Shown piece after piece: positions 28,461 through 37,139 of a DNA stretch of 64,000 nucleotides. The translations under genes and the position numbers were made by a program. The notes beneath the pieces are model-generated. The model saw nothing but the letters and a program-made list of their open reading frames with translations, did no database searches and was not told where the DNA came from. How positions within the stretch are numbered: the stretch's first letter is position 1; the number at the start of each line of letters is the position of its first letter. Origin of the DNA: Cycloclasticus sp. (GTDB lineage Bacteria > Pseudomonadota > Gammaproteobacteria > Methylococcales > Cycloclasticaceae); assembly GCA_002700385.1 (NCBI GenBank), contig PADC01000009.1, forward strand, positions 2,094 to 66,093. The letters are read 5' to 3'.

Positions 28461-29048
28461 ATGGATTCGAGTTTGAAGCTATTTTTTAGCGGGGTGGCAA
28501 TAATTCTTACGTTTGTCGCTTTTGTACCTTATATCCGTTCTATACTTACCGGTGTTACAAGGCCGCATGTGTTTTCATGGGTTATTTGGGGTACAACCAC
28601 CATCATAGTTTTCTTTGCTCAACTTGATGCAAAAGGTGGTATTGGTGCTTGGCCAATTGGCGTTTCTGGTGCCATCACCATATTTATAGCGGTTCTGGCT
28701 TTTCTAAAGCGCTCTGACATTTCAATAACACGGGCTGACTGGTTGTTTTTTTCATCAGCACTCGCTTCAATACCGTTTTGGTATTTTACCTCTGATCCTG
28801 TTTGGGCTGTTATTGTATTGACGGTAGTAGATCTACTAGGGTTTGGCCCAACTATCCGTAAAGCCTACGATTTTCCATATGATGAAAACATACCATTTTT
28901 CTTATTGTTCATGGCAAGAAACGCTTTTGCTTTACTGGCCTTAGAGCACTATTCGGTGGCAACCACTTTATTCCCATTATCGGTTAGCAGTGCCTGTTTA
29001 TTTTTGCTTGTCATGGTTAGTTATAGACGTAAAGTTGTACGCGTCTAA
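28461..29048 (+). CDS. Cassette ORF: multi-pass membrane protein of unknown function
   Basis: 195 aa, six hydrophobic segments. The TAA stop is embedded in GTCTAACAAGG, the left box of a truncated attC. Confidence 0.5.
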   Translation: MDSSLKLFFSGVAIILTFVAFVPYIRSILTGVTRPHVFSWVIWGTTTIIVFFAQLDAKGGIGAWPIGVSGAITIFIAVLAFLKRSDISITRADWLFFSSALASIPFWYFTSDPVWAVIVLTVVDLLGFGPTIRKAYDFPYDENIPFFLLFMARNAFALLALEHYSVATTLFPLSVSSACLFLLVMVSYRRKVVRV

Positions 29049-29090
29049 CAAGGCCAAGCAAAGGGCCAACAAGGAAAGATCTTTCCGAAA
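29044..29090 (+). repeat. Truncated or degenerate terminal attC (left box only)
   Basis: GTCTAACAAGGCC matches the left box of other sites, but no complementary right arm or CGTTA end follows. It contains an unrelated perfect 14-bp palindrome GGAAAGATCTTTCC (29074-29087). Confidence 0.35.
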
Positions 29091-29095
29091 TCAAT

Positions 29096-29163
29096 ACGTT
29101 CTTCCTCTAATCAATCGTTTTAGCTAAATGTATTGGTCGAGCTTTATTTTCTTCGTATACTTG
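29096..29163 (+). repeat. 68-bp direct repeat, copy A (contains a sigma70-like promoter)
   Basis: About 93% identical to 30798-30865. TTGGTC (29134-29139), 17 nt, TATACT (29157-29162). Confidence 0.7.
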
Positions 29164-29358
29164 GCTTGCCCTACTGGTTTTGTATAAAAAGACGATAGAC
29201 AATCAATTAAAAGCTAATGTCATAGTTTTTAGCATTAAGTACAATGTAATAGAACGTTTTAGAAATCAAGCTGGCTGACCCCTCTAGGCATCAATTACTA
29301 TATTAGCATTCAGCTTCAAAAGTACGCCAATAACATTAATATTGCTGGCCGACAGCGC

Positions 29359-30714
29359 ATGCTATCTCAGAAAATAGCAAAGTCCACTTTTATTCTTCGT
29401 TTCTATCGACATCGCGATGCGAATATTGGTGACGGTATCGATGAATTACGCCATGCCGTGGGCTTGTTTGACGAAACATTATCAGCGTTTAGTTATGGAG
29501 GCATTGTCACCAGCGCGTCTGGTAAGAAATTACACATTCGCAAGTTAAGCGATGAAGGTGCCGCCGACATATTATTTAAAGCAAAATTAATATGGCAGCC
29601 TCTACATGATCAATTAAATGATTTTATTGAAAATCGTTCAGAGCAAGAGACAAGTTTGCTTTTGGAAGCACTGGTAAAAGAAAATGTAAAATTACTTGGG
29701 CTGATGAATGAACTAACAAATCACTTAGAGAATAAAGCAAAGAGTAGAACCCATATCCTGCAAGGGCTGCAAACGTTTGTTGTCGTGATGATTTTTTTCT
29801 CCTTTATTTTTGCAACCTTACGGTTGTATCGTCGAGAAAATTATTACAATCGATTAATGGAAAAGACAGCGGACCTTATTATTGGGGTTGATGTAGAAAC
29901 GGCACTGACAACTTTTGTTAGTGCTTCAGTTTTTGAAATGCTTGGCTATGGAGAGCAACACTATATAAAAAAGCCTGTTAGCCTATTATTTGCAAATGAA
30001 TCAAAAGCTGTTTTTTCAGAAATTTTAGAAACAGTTGATAAAACAGGTCGGCTTAGTGCTGAGCGGTGTGAGGTGCAACTACGGAAGAGCGATGGAAGCA
30101 TTTTAACTGCTGATATTATTATGCAAGTAGCCACCAGTGAAGACGGTAAGAGTAGGGAGATTAGTGCTGATATTAGAGATATATCTGAACGAAAAGCGAC
30201 AGAAAACGCACTGATGGAATTAGCACATAAAGACTCATTAACGCAGCTGCCTAATCGGGTGTTATTTTACGAAATGGCAGAACATGCGCTTCAAAAAGCA
30301 AAGCGTTACAAACAATCACTAGCAATCCTATTTATTGATTTAGATGGCTTTAAATCTGTTAATGATAACTTTGGGCATGATATTGGTGATGAGGTACTTA
30401 TTACAACAGCAACTAAACTGAAAGCCTGTTTAAGAGAGTCTGACAACGTTTCACGTGTCGGTGGTGATGAGTTTTTAGTCTTATTGGAAGATGTAAAAAA
30501 GAGTGATGACGTTATTCATGTTGCAAAAGAAATTATCCGCTCAGTATCTGAAATTATTGAAATAAATAATTATAGCTGTCAAGTTGGTGTCAGCATTGGT
30601 GTTGCGCTATATCCAACTCACGCTCTTAATGTTGAAGGGTTAGTAAAAAAAGCTGATGAAGCAATGTACAAAGTAAAAGGCAAAGGGAAGAATAGCGTGC
30701 GCTTTGCTCAATAG
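29359..30714 (+). CDS. Diguanylate cyclase (PilJ/NarX-type sensor remnant - TM - PAS - GGDEF), apparently 5'-truncated
   Basis: RVGGDEFLVLL active site with a RESD I-site 5 residues upstream. The sensor P-box NIAGRQRMLSQKIAK starts before the first ATG. The frame is open only to a TAG at 29260-29262, with no leader or TM1. Confidence 0.75.
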   Translation: MLSQKIAKSTFILRFYRHRDANIGDGIDELRHAVGLFDETLSAFSYGGIVTSASGKKLHIRKLSDEGAADILFKAKLIWQPLHDQLNDFIENRSEQETSLLLEALVKENVKLLGLMNELTNHLENKAKSRTHILQGLQTFVVVMIFFSFIFATLRLYRRENYYNRLMEKTADLIIGVDVETALTTFVSASVFEMLGYGEQHYIKKPVSLLFANESKAVFSEILETVDKTGRLSAERCEVQLRKSDGSILTADIIMQVATSEDGKSREISADIRDISERKATENALMELAHKDSLTQLPNRVLFYEMAEHALQKAKRYKQSLAILFIDLDGFKSVNDNFGHDIGDEVLITTATKLKACLRESDNVSRVGGDEFLVLLEDVKKSDDVIHVAKEIIRSVSEIIEINNYSCQVGVSIGVALYPTHALNVEGLVKKADEAMYKVKGKGKNSVRFAQ

Positions 30715-30797
30715 TTTAATAACGACAAGTATAAATCAAGGGTTCAGCCAGCTTGTTTTTGTATCTTGTTTAACTATAAGCCTATACACCACATTTT

Positions 30798-30865
30798 TAC
30801 GTTCTTCTTCTAATCAATCGTTTTAACTAAATGCATGGGTCGAGCTTTATTTTCTTCGTATACTT
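30798..30865 (+). repeat. 68-bp direct repeat, copy B
   Basis: Matches 29096-29163 with about 5 mismatches. TGGGTC, 17 nt, TATACT (30859-30864), about 137 nt upstream of the peroxidase start. Confidence 0.7.
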
Positions 30866-31001
30866 TCTTTCTGTTAGGCTATCAGTTTGATTTAGACCAC
30901 TATATGTAAGTATGTTTAAAGAAGTGTTATATTCAAACGAAGATTCTATTGGCCTGATTGGGGCTCTTAAAATACGCTGTTAGCAATGCATGGGGATTAG
31001 T

Positions 31002-31490
31002 ATGGAAGCCGATATATACAATTTCACCTTGAGTGATATCGACAATAATGATTTTTCCTTTGAAGCACTTAAAGGAAAGGTGTTACTGATTGTCAATACT
31101 GCCAGTAAATGTGGTTTTACGCCGCAATATGAAGGACTGGAAACGCTTTATAAACAATACAAGTCTCAAGGCTTGGAAATTCTTGGCTTTCCCTGTGATC
31201 AGTTTTTACATCAAGAGCCTGGCAATGAGGCTGAGATAAAATCATTTTGCAGCACGGAATATGCGGTTAGCTTTCCATTATTCAGTAAAGTGGCTGTTAA
31301 TGGAGCTGACACAACGCCTTTATACCGTTACTTAAAAAAGGCTGCACCGGGTGCATTGGGCAGTCAAGCCATTAAATGGAATTTCACTAAGTTTTTAGTG
31401 AACCGGCAAGGGGACGTCGTTAAACGTTATCCTTCTATCAGTAAACCAGAAACAATCGCCACCGATATAGAGGCTTTGCTTTCAAGCTAA
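31002..31490 (+). CDS. Glutathione peroxidase family protein
   Basis: GPx motifs LIVNTASKCGFTPQY (peroxidatic Cys), LGFPCDQF and KWNFTKFLV. An alternative ATG exists at 30990. Confidence 0.85.
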   Translation: MEADIYNFTLSDIDNNDFSFEALKGKVLLIVNTASKCGFTPQYEGLETLYKQYKSQGLEILGFPCDQFLHQEPGNEAEIKSFCSTEYAVSFPLFSKVAVNGADTTPLYRYLKKAAPGALGSQAIKWNFTKFLVNRQGDVVKRYPSISKPETIATDIEALLSS

Positions 31491-31557
31491 CAATGGCCGT
31501 CTTTCTGCGTTGTAAGACAGGTTGTTTCTTAAATCAATGATGGTGGCGTTGTCGGCT

Positions 31558-32733
31558 TTATAGATCACTGCCAAACAGATCACGGCTATAGATTTTATCT
31601 GACACATCAGAAAGTTCTTCATTCAGTCTATTCGCAACAATAACCTCGGCTATTTGTTTGAACTGACTTAGATTTTTCATGACGTTAGAGTTGAAAAATG
31701 TAGGCTCATTGTGAACGGGCTCGTAAATAACCACTTCCACACCTTTTGCTTTTATGCGTTTCATAACACCTTGAATGGCGGATGTGCGAAAGTTGTCTGA
31801 GCCTTCTTTCATCACCAATCGATAAATACCCACGACTTTTGGCTGACGTTTTAATATCTGCGCTGCTATAAAGTCCTTCCGAGTGGTATTGGCATCGACA
31901 ATGGCTTTAATAAGGTTGTTCGGCACGGCGTTATAATTGGCAAGTAATTGTTGCGTATCTTTTGGTAAGCAATAGCCACCGTAACCAAACGACGGGTTAT
32001 TGTAATGCGATCCAATACGCGGGTCTAACCCCACCCCTTTGATAACTTGGCTTGTTTGTAGTTCATGTATTTCGCAATAACTGTCTAGTTCGTTAAAGTA
32101 AGCAACTCGCATGGCTAAGTAGGTGTTTGAAAATAACTTAACGGCTTCTGCTTCGGTTGAATTGGTATATAAAACGGGAATCTCATGCGTTGGTTTTCTT
32201 GCCCCCTCAACCAGTAGGTTAGCAAAACACTCTGCTCTTTCCGATTGTTCGCCCATAATAATTCTGGAGGGGTATAGACAATCGTGTAAGGCGCTCCCTT
32301 CTCTTAAGAATTCCGGGGAGAAAATGATGTTGTTACTTTTTAACCGCTTGGAGAGTTTTTCCGTAAAACCCACCGGCACGGTCGACTTTATAATAATGAT
32401 GGCCTTGGGGTTGTTGCTGATGACATTGTCGGCCACCATTTCAACAGAGTGCGTATCAAAGGCGTTGGTGTCGGCACAGTAGTCGGTGGGCGTTGCTATC
32501 ACAACAAAATCAGCCTGCCGATAATCATCTTCGGAATTTAATTTAGCCTCAAACGTGAGCTTGTCATCGGCTAAAAATTTTTCAATCTCTTCATCCTCAA
32601 TAGGTGATTTCTTCTTTTGTAAGGCCTGAATTTTATCGACTGAAATATCCAAAAGAGTGACTGGATTTTTCTGCGATAGCAACATCGCCATGGAAAGACC
32701 AACGTACCCTGCACCAACGACTGTGATTTGCAT
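31558..32733 (-). CDS. ugd: UDP-glucose 6-dehydrogenase
   Basis: 391 aa. N-terminal [10 protein letters not shown] Rossmann and catalytic Cys context [11 protein letters not shown]. Confidence 0.85.
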   Translation of the reverse strand: MQITVVGAGYVGLSMAMLLSQKNPVTLLDISVDKIQALQKKKSPIEDEEIEKFLADDKLTFEAKLNSEDDYRQADFVVIATPTDYCADTNAFDTHSVEMVADNVISNNPKAIIIIKSTVPVGFTEKLSKRLKSNNIIFSPEFLREGSALHDCLYPSRIIMGEQSERAECFANLLVEGARKPTHEIPVLYTNSTEAEAVKLFSNTYLAMRVAYFNELDSYCEIHELQTSQVIKGVGLDPRIGSHYNNPSFGYGGYCLPKDTQQLLANYNAVPNNLIKAIVDANTTRKDFIAAQILKRQPKVVGIYRLVMKEGSDNFRTSAIQGVMKRIKAKGVEVVIYEPVHNEPTFFNSNVMKNLSQFKQIAEVIVANRLNEELSDVSDKIYSRDLFGSDL

Positions 32734-32753
32734 AATTGATTGCCTTACGGGGC

Positions 32754-33392
32754 TTATATGGATTTTTCCACCACCTTTTCAGGTTCATACCATTCATCCA
32801 TTTCGTCATACATATCCCCTTTTAGCAGGTAATAAGGCGATTTATAGTAGATATAAACATCGTGTATCGGGTCCGTTAAAATTTTAAACGCCCACACTAA
32901 ACCAGATTGCACACCCATAAGGAAAAACAGGTGGGTTGTTCTAAAAATAATCGCTCCAATACCCACCAGCAACCAAATGTAGGCCATGTTCGTTAAGTAC
33001 CCTTTCGCATTTAAAGGCATCTCAAAAAAACCAAACATGCTGGCATTGATTAACAAAATAGCGGGCGACAGAATCCAAACAGCCAATAAAATAATTTTTC
33101 TATGCAGGTTGTAACCTACTTTTACACTTTCTTTGTATTCATGGGTGGCTCTATTCACTTCATCATAAGTTTTTGGTTCAAAAAAGAAATGACCTGTCTG
33201 ACGCAACCCCATGGCCAATAACCACCCCACCATAACGCTAATAACCGGATTAATAAAAAGCATGCCATAGCTGGTTAAAAAGCAAACCGCGCTCAATAAA
33301 TGTAGAAATTGATTGACTCTGTTATGGTGATAAAAACGGTGATCATCCCAACGTTGTTGGCGTAATTCTTGAATAAATGTCATTGTGTTCAT
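32754..33392 (-). CDS. Membrane protein, DUF962/Mpo1-like candidate
   Basis: 212 aa, 4-5 TM helices. N-terminal His/Asn cluster [15 protein letters not shown] resembles the Mpo1-like H..N...H motif. Confidence 0.4.
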   Translation of the reverse strand: MNTMTFIQELRQQRWDDHRFYHHNRVNQFLHLLSAVCFLTSYGMLFINPVISVMVGWLLAMGLRQTGHFFFEPKTYDEVNRATHEYKESVKVGYNLHRKIILLAVWILSPAILLINASMFGFFEMPLNAKGYLTNMAYIWLLVGIGAIIFRTTHLFFLMGVQSGLVWAFKILTDPIHDVYIYYKSPYYLLKGDMYDEMDEWYEPEKVVEKSI

Positions 33393-33536
33393 TAGCCCTT
33401 TAAAATTATGGTGTTAATAGTATGCAACTGCATTGTTTCAATCATGTTTCATTCCAATGACATTTTTAACGCAATGCGCTTTTTTTCATCAATTTTTCTT
33501 CGAATCTTATTTTTAATGCAAAATAAAAGACATCCA

Positions 33537-34403
33537 TTATTCAACTAACCGTAACAATGCTTGCCCCATTGCAATACGCTCGCCCGATTTTATCGTTTCG
33601 CACACCTGATACGATGATGGCGCCAGCAAAATAATAGTAGAACCGTGTTGAAAATACCCCATTTGGTCACCTTTTTGGTAAGAGGCCGAACACGCCAATT
33701 TATTAGCGCCTTTGTATTGCAAATCAAGGGTTTCATCTAAACAGTGAAATTTCATGCTGGCCACGAGAATGGCAGCAACCGGTACAATCACCAAACCTTG
33801 ATCTGTTTTTTTTGTTTTAAGTTGAACAACAGCCCGCTCGTTCTTGCAGTACAGTTTTTCAATTCGTTTTATAGCAATTGGGTTCACATTCCAGGTATCC
33901 CCGGAAATGTAATTGACTTCATTAACATCACAATCAATGGGGGCATGAAATCGATGGTACATACTTGATTTGAGTCTTAACGTAACATAACAGCCGCCTT
34001 CTAAAGGCTTGACCAACTCATGATCGTGCACCAGTTCTTGCAAACTATATGGAAACCCCTTCGCTTGAAACACCCGGCCTTGATTAATGGTTCCAAACGC
34101 ACCGATGATCGCATCACAAGGGCTTGTGACGACTGAAGAGTCTTTTTCAATTGGTCTTAGGCCGTCTTTTAACTCGCGAATAAAACAGGCTTGAAGACTT
34201 TTAAATGACGGTTCTTTCGCCTCTGATAGATCTAAATCATCAGCAAATAGTTTCCAGATTTTAATAGAAAGCCGTGTTAAGTACCGGTTTTCTATTGCGC
34301 TGTACTTCCCCATCAACGTTGTTAAAAATCGCCTTGGAATGCGATTCGTTAACAGAAAGTTCAATTTTTCTGACTGTGTAAAAGACTGAATAAGTTTTGA
34401 CAT
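33537..34403 (-). CDS. Phosphatidylserine decarboxylase-family proenzyme (PSD-like)
   Basis: 288 aa. SSMYHRFHAP (the xxYHRxHxP motif) and C-terminal FQHGSTIILL containing the G-S-T self-cleavage/pyruvoyl site. Confidence 0.75.
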   Translation of the reverse strand: MSKLIQSFTQSEKLNFLLTNRIPRRFLTTLMGKYSAIENRYLTRLSIKIWKLFADDLDLSEAKEPSFKSLQACFIRELKDGLRPIEKDSSVVTSPCDAIIGAFGTINQGRVFQAKGFPYSLQELVHDHELVKPLEGGCYVTLRLKSSMYHRFHAPIDCDVNEVNYISGDTWNVNPIAIKRIEKLYCKNERAVVQLKTKKTDQGLVIVPVAAILVASMKFHCLDETLDLQYKGANKLACSASYQKGDQMGYFQHGSTIILLAPSSYQVCETIKSGERIAMGQALLRLVE

Positions 34404-34436
34404 CTCGATTCAACACCAGACAACGACTAAAAAAGG

Positions 34437-37139
34437 TTAAACAATGGATTTTAATTCATCGACCTTTTTTTCTTGCAAACCCAGGTTCTCCATAAAACGC
34501 ATCATGATGGGCTCGGCTTGGTAAACGTTACTGCGTTTTTTTGCATTCAAACAAAAGGACGCCCGATTAAAGCCGGGAGAGAAATAAGAAATAATCGCTT
34601 CACTCATCTGCTGCTTATCGTCAACAAGAAAACCGTTCAGATTATGTTCGATAATATCTTTAGGCCCTTTACAGTCGTATGCGACCACCGGCATTTGATG
34701 TGAGAACGCTTCGAGAACAACATTACCAAAGGTATCAAACCGTGACGGAAATACTTTTAAATCCAACCCTTTGTACAGTGCTGATAGCCTTTTTTTATCA
34801 ACCCAGCCTACGAATAACGCGTCAGGCAAACAGGCTTCCAGTTCTTCTTTTGCCGGACCAGACCCGGCAATAACCAGCTTAATAGTTGGAATTTTTTGCT
34901 GAACGGTTTTAAAAATATCCGGTAAATCAAAAATTCCTTTTTCCTTACTTAGGCGCCCAGAAAACAGTAAAACGGGTGTGTCATCGTTTGCATCCGGAAA
35001 CAAGCTGCTTTTTTCTATTTTAGGGATGGTTGGGTCGGGCTCATTGATATGATGCGCTGTCATATGTACCCGATCCGCCTCTAGTTGCATATGATGACCT
35101 GTCAGCCAATCTCTGTGTTCGCTATTGAGCACAAAAACACCTTCAAACTGTTTGTAGAAGAACCTCAAAAAGCGCCTTACCCGATCCACTTCGTGATGAT
35201 TTAAATCGGTTGTTTCTTCTATAAATTCTATCCAGTCGGTGTGCATAAAAAAGTAGCTGGGTACATTGAACATATGCTTTATTAGCAAGGCCACCAGTGC
35301 CATTGGGCCTTCTGTAGAGCACACGATTCGATCATAGCCACCCTCATAAAAAATTTTCGCTATTTCTAATACATCAGGCACGCGTAGCAACTGATCACCA
35401 AACTGCCCGACACTGATCGTGGTCAGTGGTCTAACAACATGTAAGTGCGACTCTGGTTCCGCATCAGCATGACAAATTAAATAATCAACCGGTAGATCCA
35501 GGCGTTGGATTTCTTTTAATTTACCTGAGAGAGAATTTGATACGCCGTTTTTATCTCTCAAAGTATCTGTTAAATATAAAGCACGCTTTGGATGGGGATG
35601 CGCACCAATGTATGTAGAGAATTGATTTAAGAAACGACGATTTTGATACAAGAGTCGAGTACTCGCCACCATAGTACCCAGCAAAATAACGCTGACTAAA
35701 ACCGGAAACGACAACTGATCCATCAGCCCGGCTATGTTGATTTCATTTTGATTTTTTTTGCCTTTCTTATGACTAAACAGTCGCGTTAATTGTAAGGGGA
35801 CTTCAAACTTACTGGCTATTTCCGCTGTTGAGAAACCTTCCAATCTATTATCAGCTGTAATTAATTTTTTCTTCTTAATTCGTTTAACAATTAGTTTGTT
35901 TAATTCATTAAAAAGCTCACTGACGGACTCATTAACAACATGAACATATTCTTCGGGTGACTGCCCTTTACTTTGAGCTATTCTTTCAAGATGCTCTATG
36001 CAAAACTTATAGTCTTTCTTTACTTTCCACTTGAGCAGTTTTGACGTTTTTTTCCCTAGTAAGGCATCGTGTGTGTAATTAAAAAAAGTTTGTGTGTATT
36101 TGTGTTTTTTTATTTCTAATAAGAAATTACTAATCGCTAAACAGGCTAATTTATCAGACACTTCACCTCGGTGAAAAAACAAACGCAACAACCCAGGGTC
36201 CTCAATTTTTGTCGCAACCTGTGAAAAATAATCTAAAAGTGCGATATTTAACTTTTGGTTTTCTGTCACTTGCCCGTAAGGTATAACACGCCCTTCCCTG
36301 AGGGCGTCTAATGCTAATTCTGATGCTTTTTTATCTTTTAACTTTGTTGCTAAATCAGGCACATGAAGGTATGAACCGCTTTCGCCAGCAAAAATACCCA
36401 TATGATCGTCTGAGCCACCTGTTAATACTTTTTCCTGATAGGGGTCAACGCCAAAATCTTGCGGGTTCAAGTTATGTTTTTTTGCGTAGGCCATCACTTT
36501 TTCAGCCGTTAAACCTCGAAGCCACTTTAATGTTAAAACACTTTGCCATTGATCTCTTTGCCCGTTGAGCACTTCAAATCTTTGAAACAGAACGGCCAAC
36601 TTTTCGAATAATTCCAGTGTGATCTCATCCTTACGCGTATACAAATATAAAGGATGGGGCAGTATCACCGGAATATTTTGCTCAGTAGCGTAACGTAGGA
36701 ATTGATAAATATCGTTCCTAATTGCATTGAAATGCTCCTCTTGCTCTTGATTAAACCCATAGGCTAATACATGAACAAAAATACTGTATTCTGGGAAATA
36801 ACAGGTAAACTCCGAAGCCACTAATACGTCTTCTCCAGCAGCCTTCAAATCCCAGCATGAGCGCGCATTATTGTGGTTTGTTATCGTCACCACATCGCAA
36901 TCATTCTTTTTTAAACATTTAACGAGGTTTTTTGTTTTCAACCACGTTTCAGGCAACCGCAGTAAACGCCCCCATAATTCATCCGGCACATCACTGTTAT
37001 GGTCGTGACAATGCAAATCAACTTTAAGGCAATTAGCTCTATCAACTAATGCCGCTTGCTGATCTTGATAACGTTTAAACTCGTCTCTTAATTCTTTTCT
37101 AAAGCCTGAGATATTATTCTCTGATAAGAAATCAATCAT
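34437..37139 (-). CDS. Fusion protein: N-terminal PHP-family phosphoesterase + TM segment + C-terminal GT4 glycosyltransferase
   Basis: 900 aa. PHP motifs VDLHCHDHNSD, ITNHNN, HVLAYGF and GGSDDHMG. Hydrophobic LSFPVLVSVILLGTMVA near residue 490. GT4 end VLLFSGRLSKEKG ... FPSRFDTFGNVVLEAFSHQMPVV. Confidence 0.7.
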   Translation of the reverse strand: MIDFLSENNISGFRKELRDEFKRYQDQQAALVDRANCLKVDLHCHDHNSDVPDELWGRLLRLPETWLKTKNLVKCLKKNDCDVVTITNHNNARSCWDLKAAGEDVLVASEFTCYFPEYSIFVHVLAYGFNQEQEEHFNAIRNDIYQFLRYATEQNIPVILPHPLYLYTRKDEITLELFEKLAVLFQRFEVLNGQRDQWQSVLTLKWLRGLTAEKVMAYAKKHNLNPQDFGVDPYQEKVLTGGSDDHMGIFAGESGSYLHVPDLATKLKDKKASELALDALREGRVIPYGQVTENQKLNIALLDYFSQVATKIEDPGLLRLFFHRGEVSDKLACLAISNFLLEIKKHKYTQTFFNYTHDALLGKKTSKLLKWKVKKDYKFCIEHLERIAQSKGQSPEEYVHVVNESVSELFNELNKLIVKRIKKKKLITADNRLEGFSTAEIASKFEVPLQLTRLFSHKKGKKNQNEINIAGLMDQLSFPVLVSVILLGTMVASTRLLYQNRRFLNQFSTYIGAHPHPKRALYLTDTLRDKNGVSNSLSGKLKEIQRLDLPVDYLICHADAEPESHLHVVRPLTTISVGQFGDQLLRVPDVLEIAKIFYEGGYDRIVCSTEGPMALVALLIKHMFNVPSYFFMHTDWIEFIEETTDLNHHEVDRVRRFLRFFYKQFEGVFVLNSEHRDWLTGHHMQLEADRVHMTAHHINEPDPTIPKIEKSSLFPDANDDTPVLLFSGRLSKEKGIFDLPDIFKTVQQKIPTIKLVIAGSGPAKEELEACLPDALFVGWVDKKRLSALYKGLDLKVFPSRFDTFGNVVLEAFSHQMPVVAYDCKGPKDIIEHNLNGFLVDDKQQMSEAIISYFSPGFNRASFCLNAKKRSNVYQAEPIMMRFMENLGLQEKKVDELKSIV

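Larger units (their letters stand above)
21167..29090 (+). mobile_element. Integron-type gene cassette array without a detectable integrase (CALIN-like)
   Basis: Ten attC-like imperfect palindromes (YTAACAA ... CGTTA) separate 0.47-1.3 kb units of short co-oriented ORFs. No tyrosine-recombinase ORF appears anywhere in the six-frame track. Confidence 0.75.

Noticed and set aside
30767-30879. GTTTAAC ... CTGTTAGGC after the GGDEF gene as an 11th attC, which would make the GGDEF gene a cassette
   Set aside because: Both would-be arms are pyrimidine-rich (TTCTTC tracts) and cannot pair. Only the terminal heptamers look attC-like.
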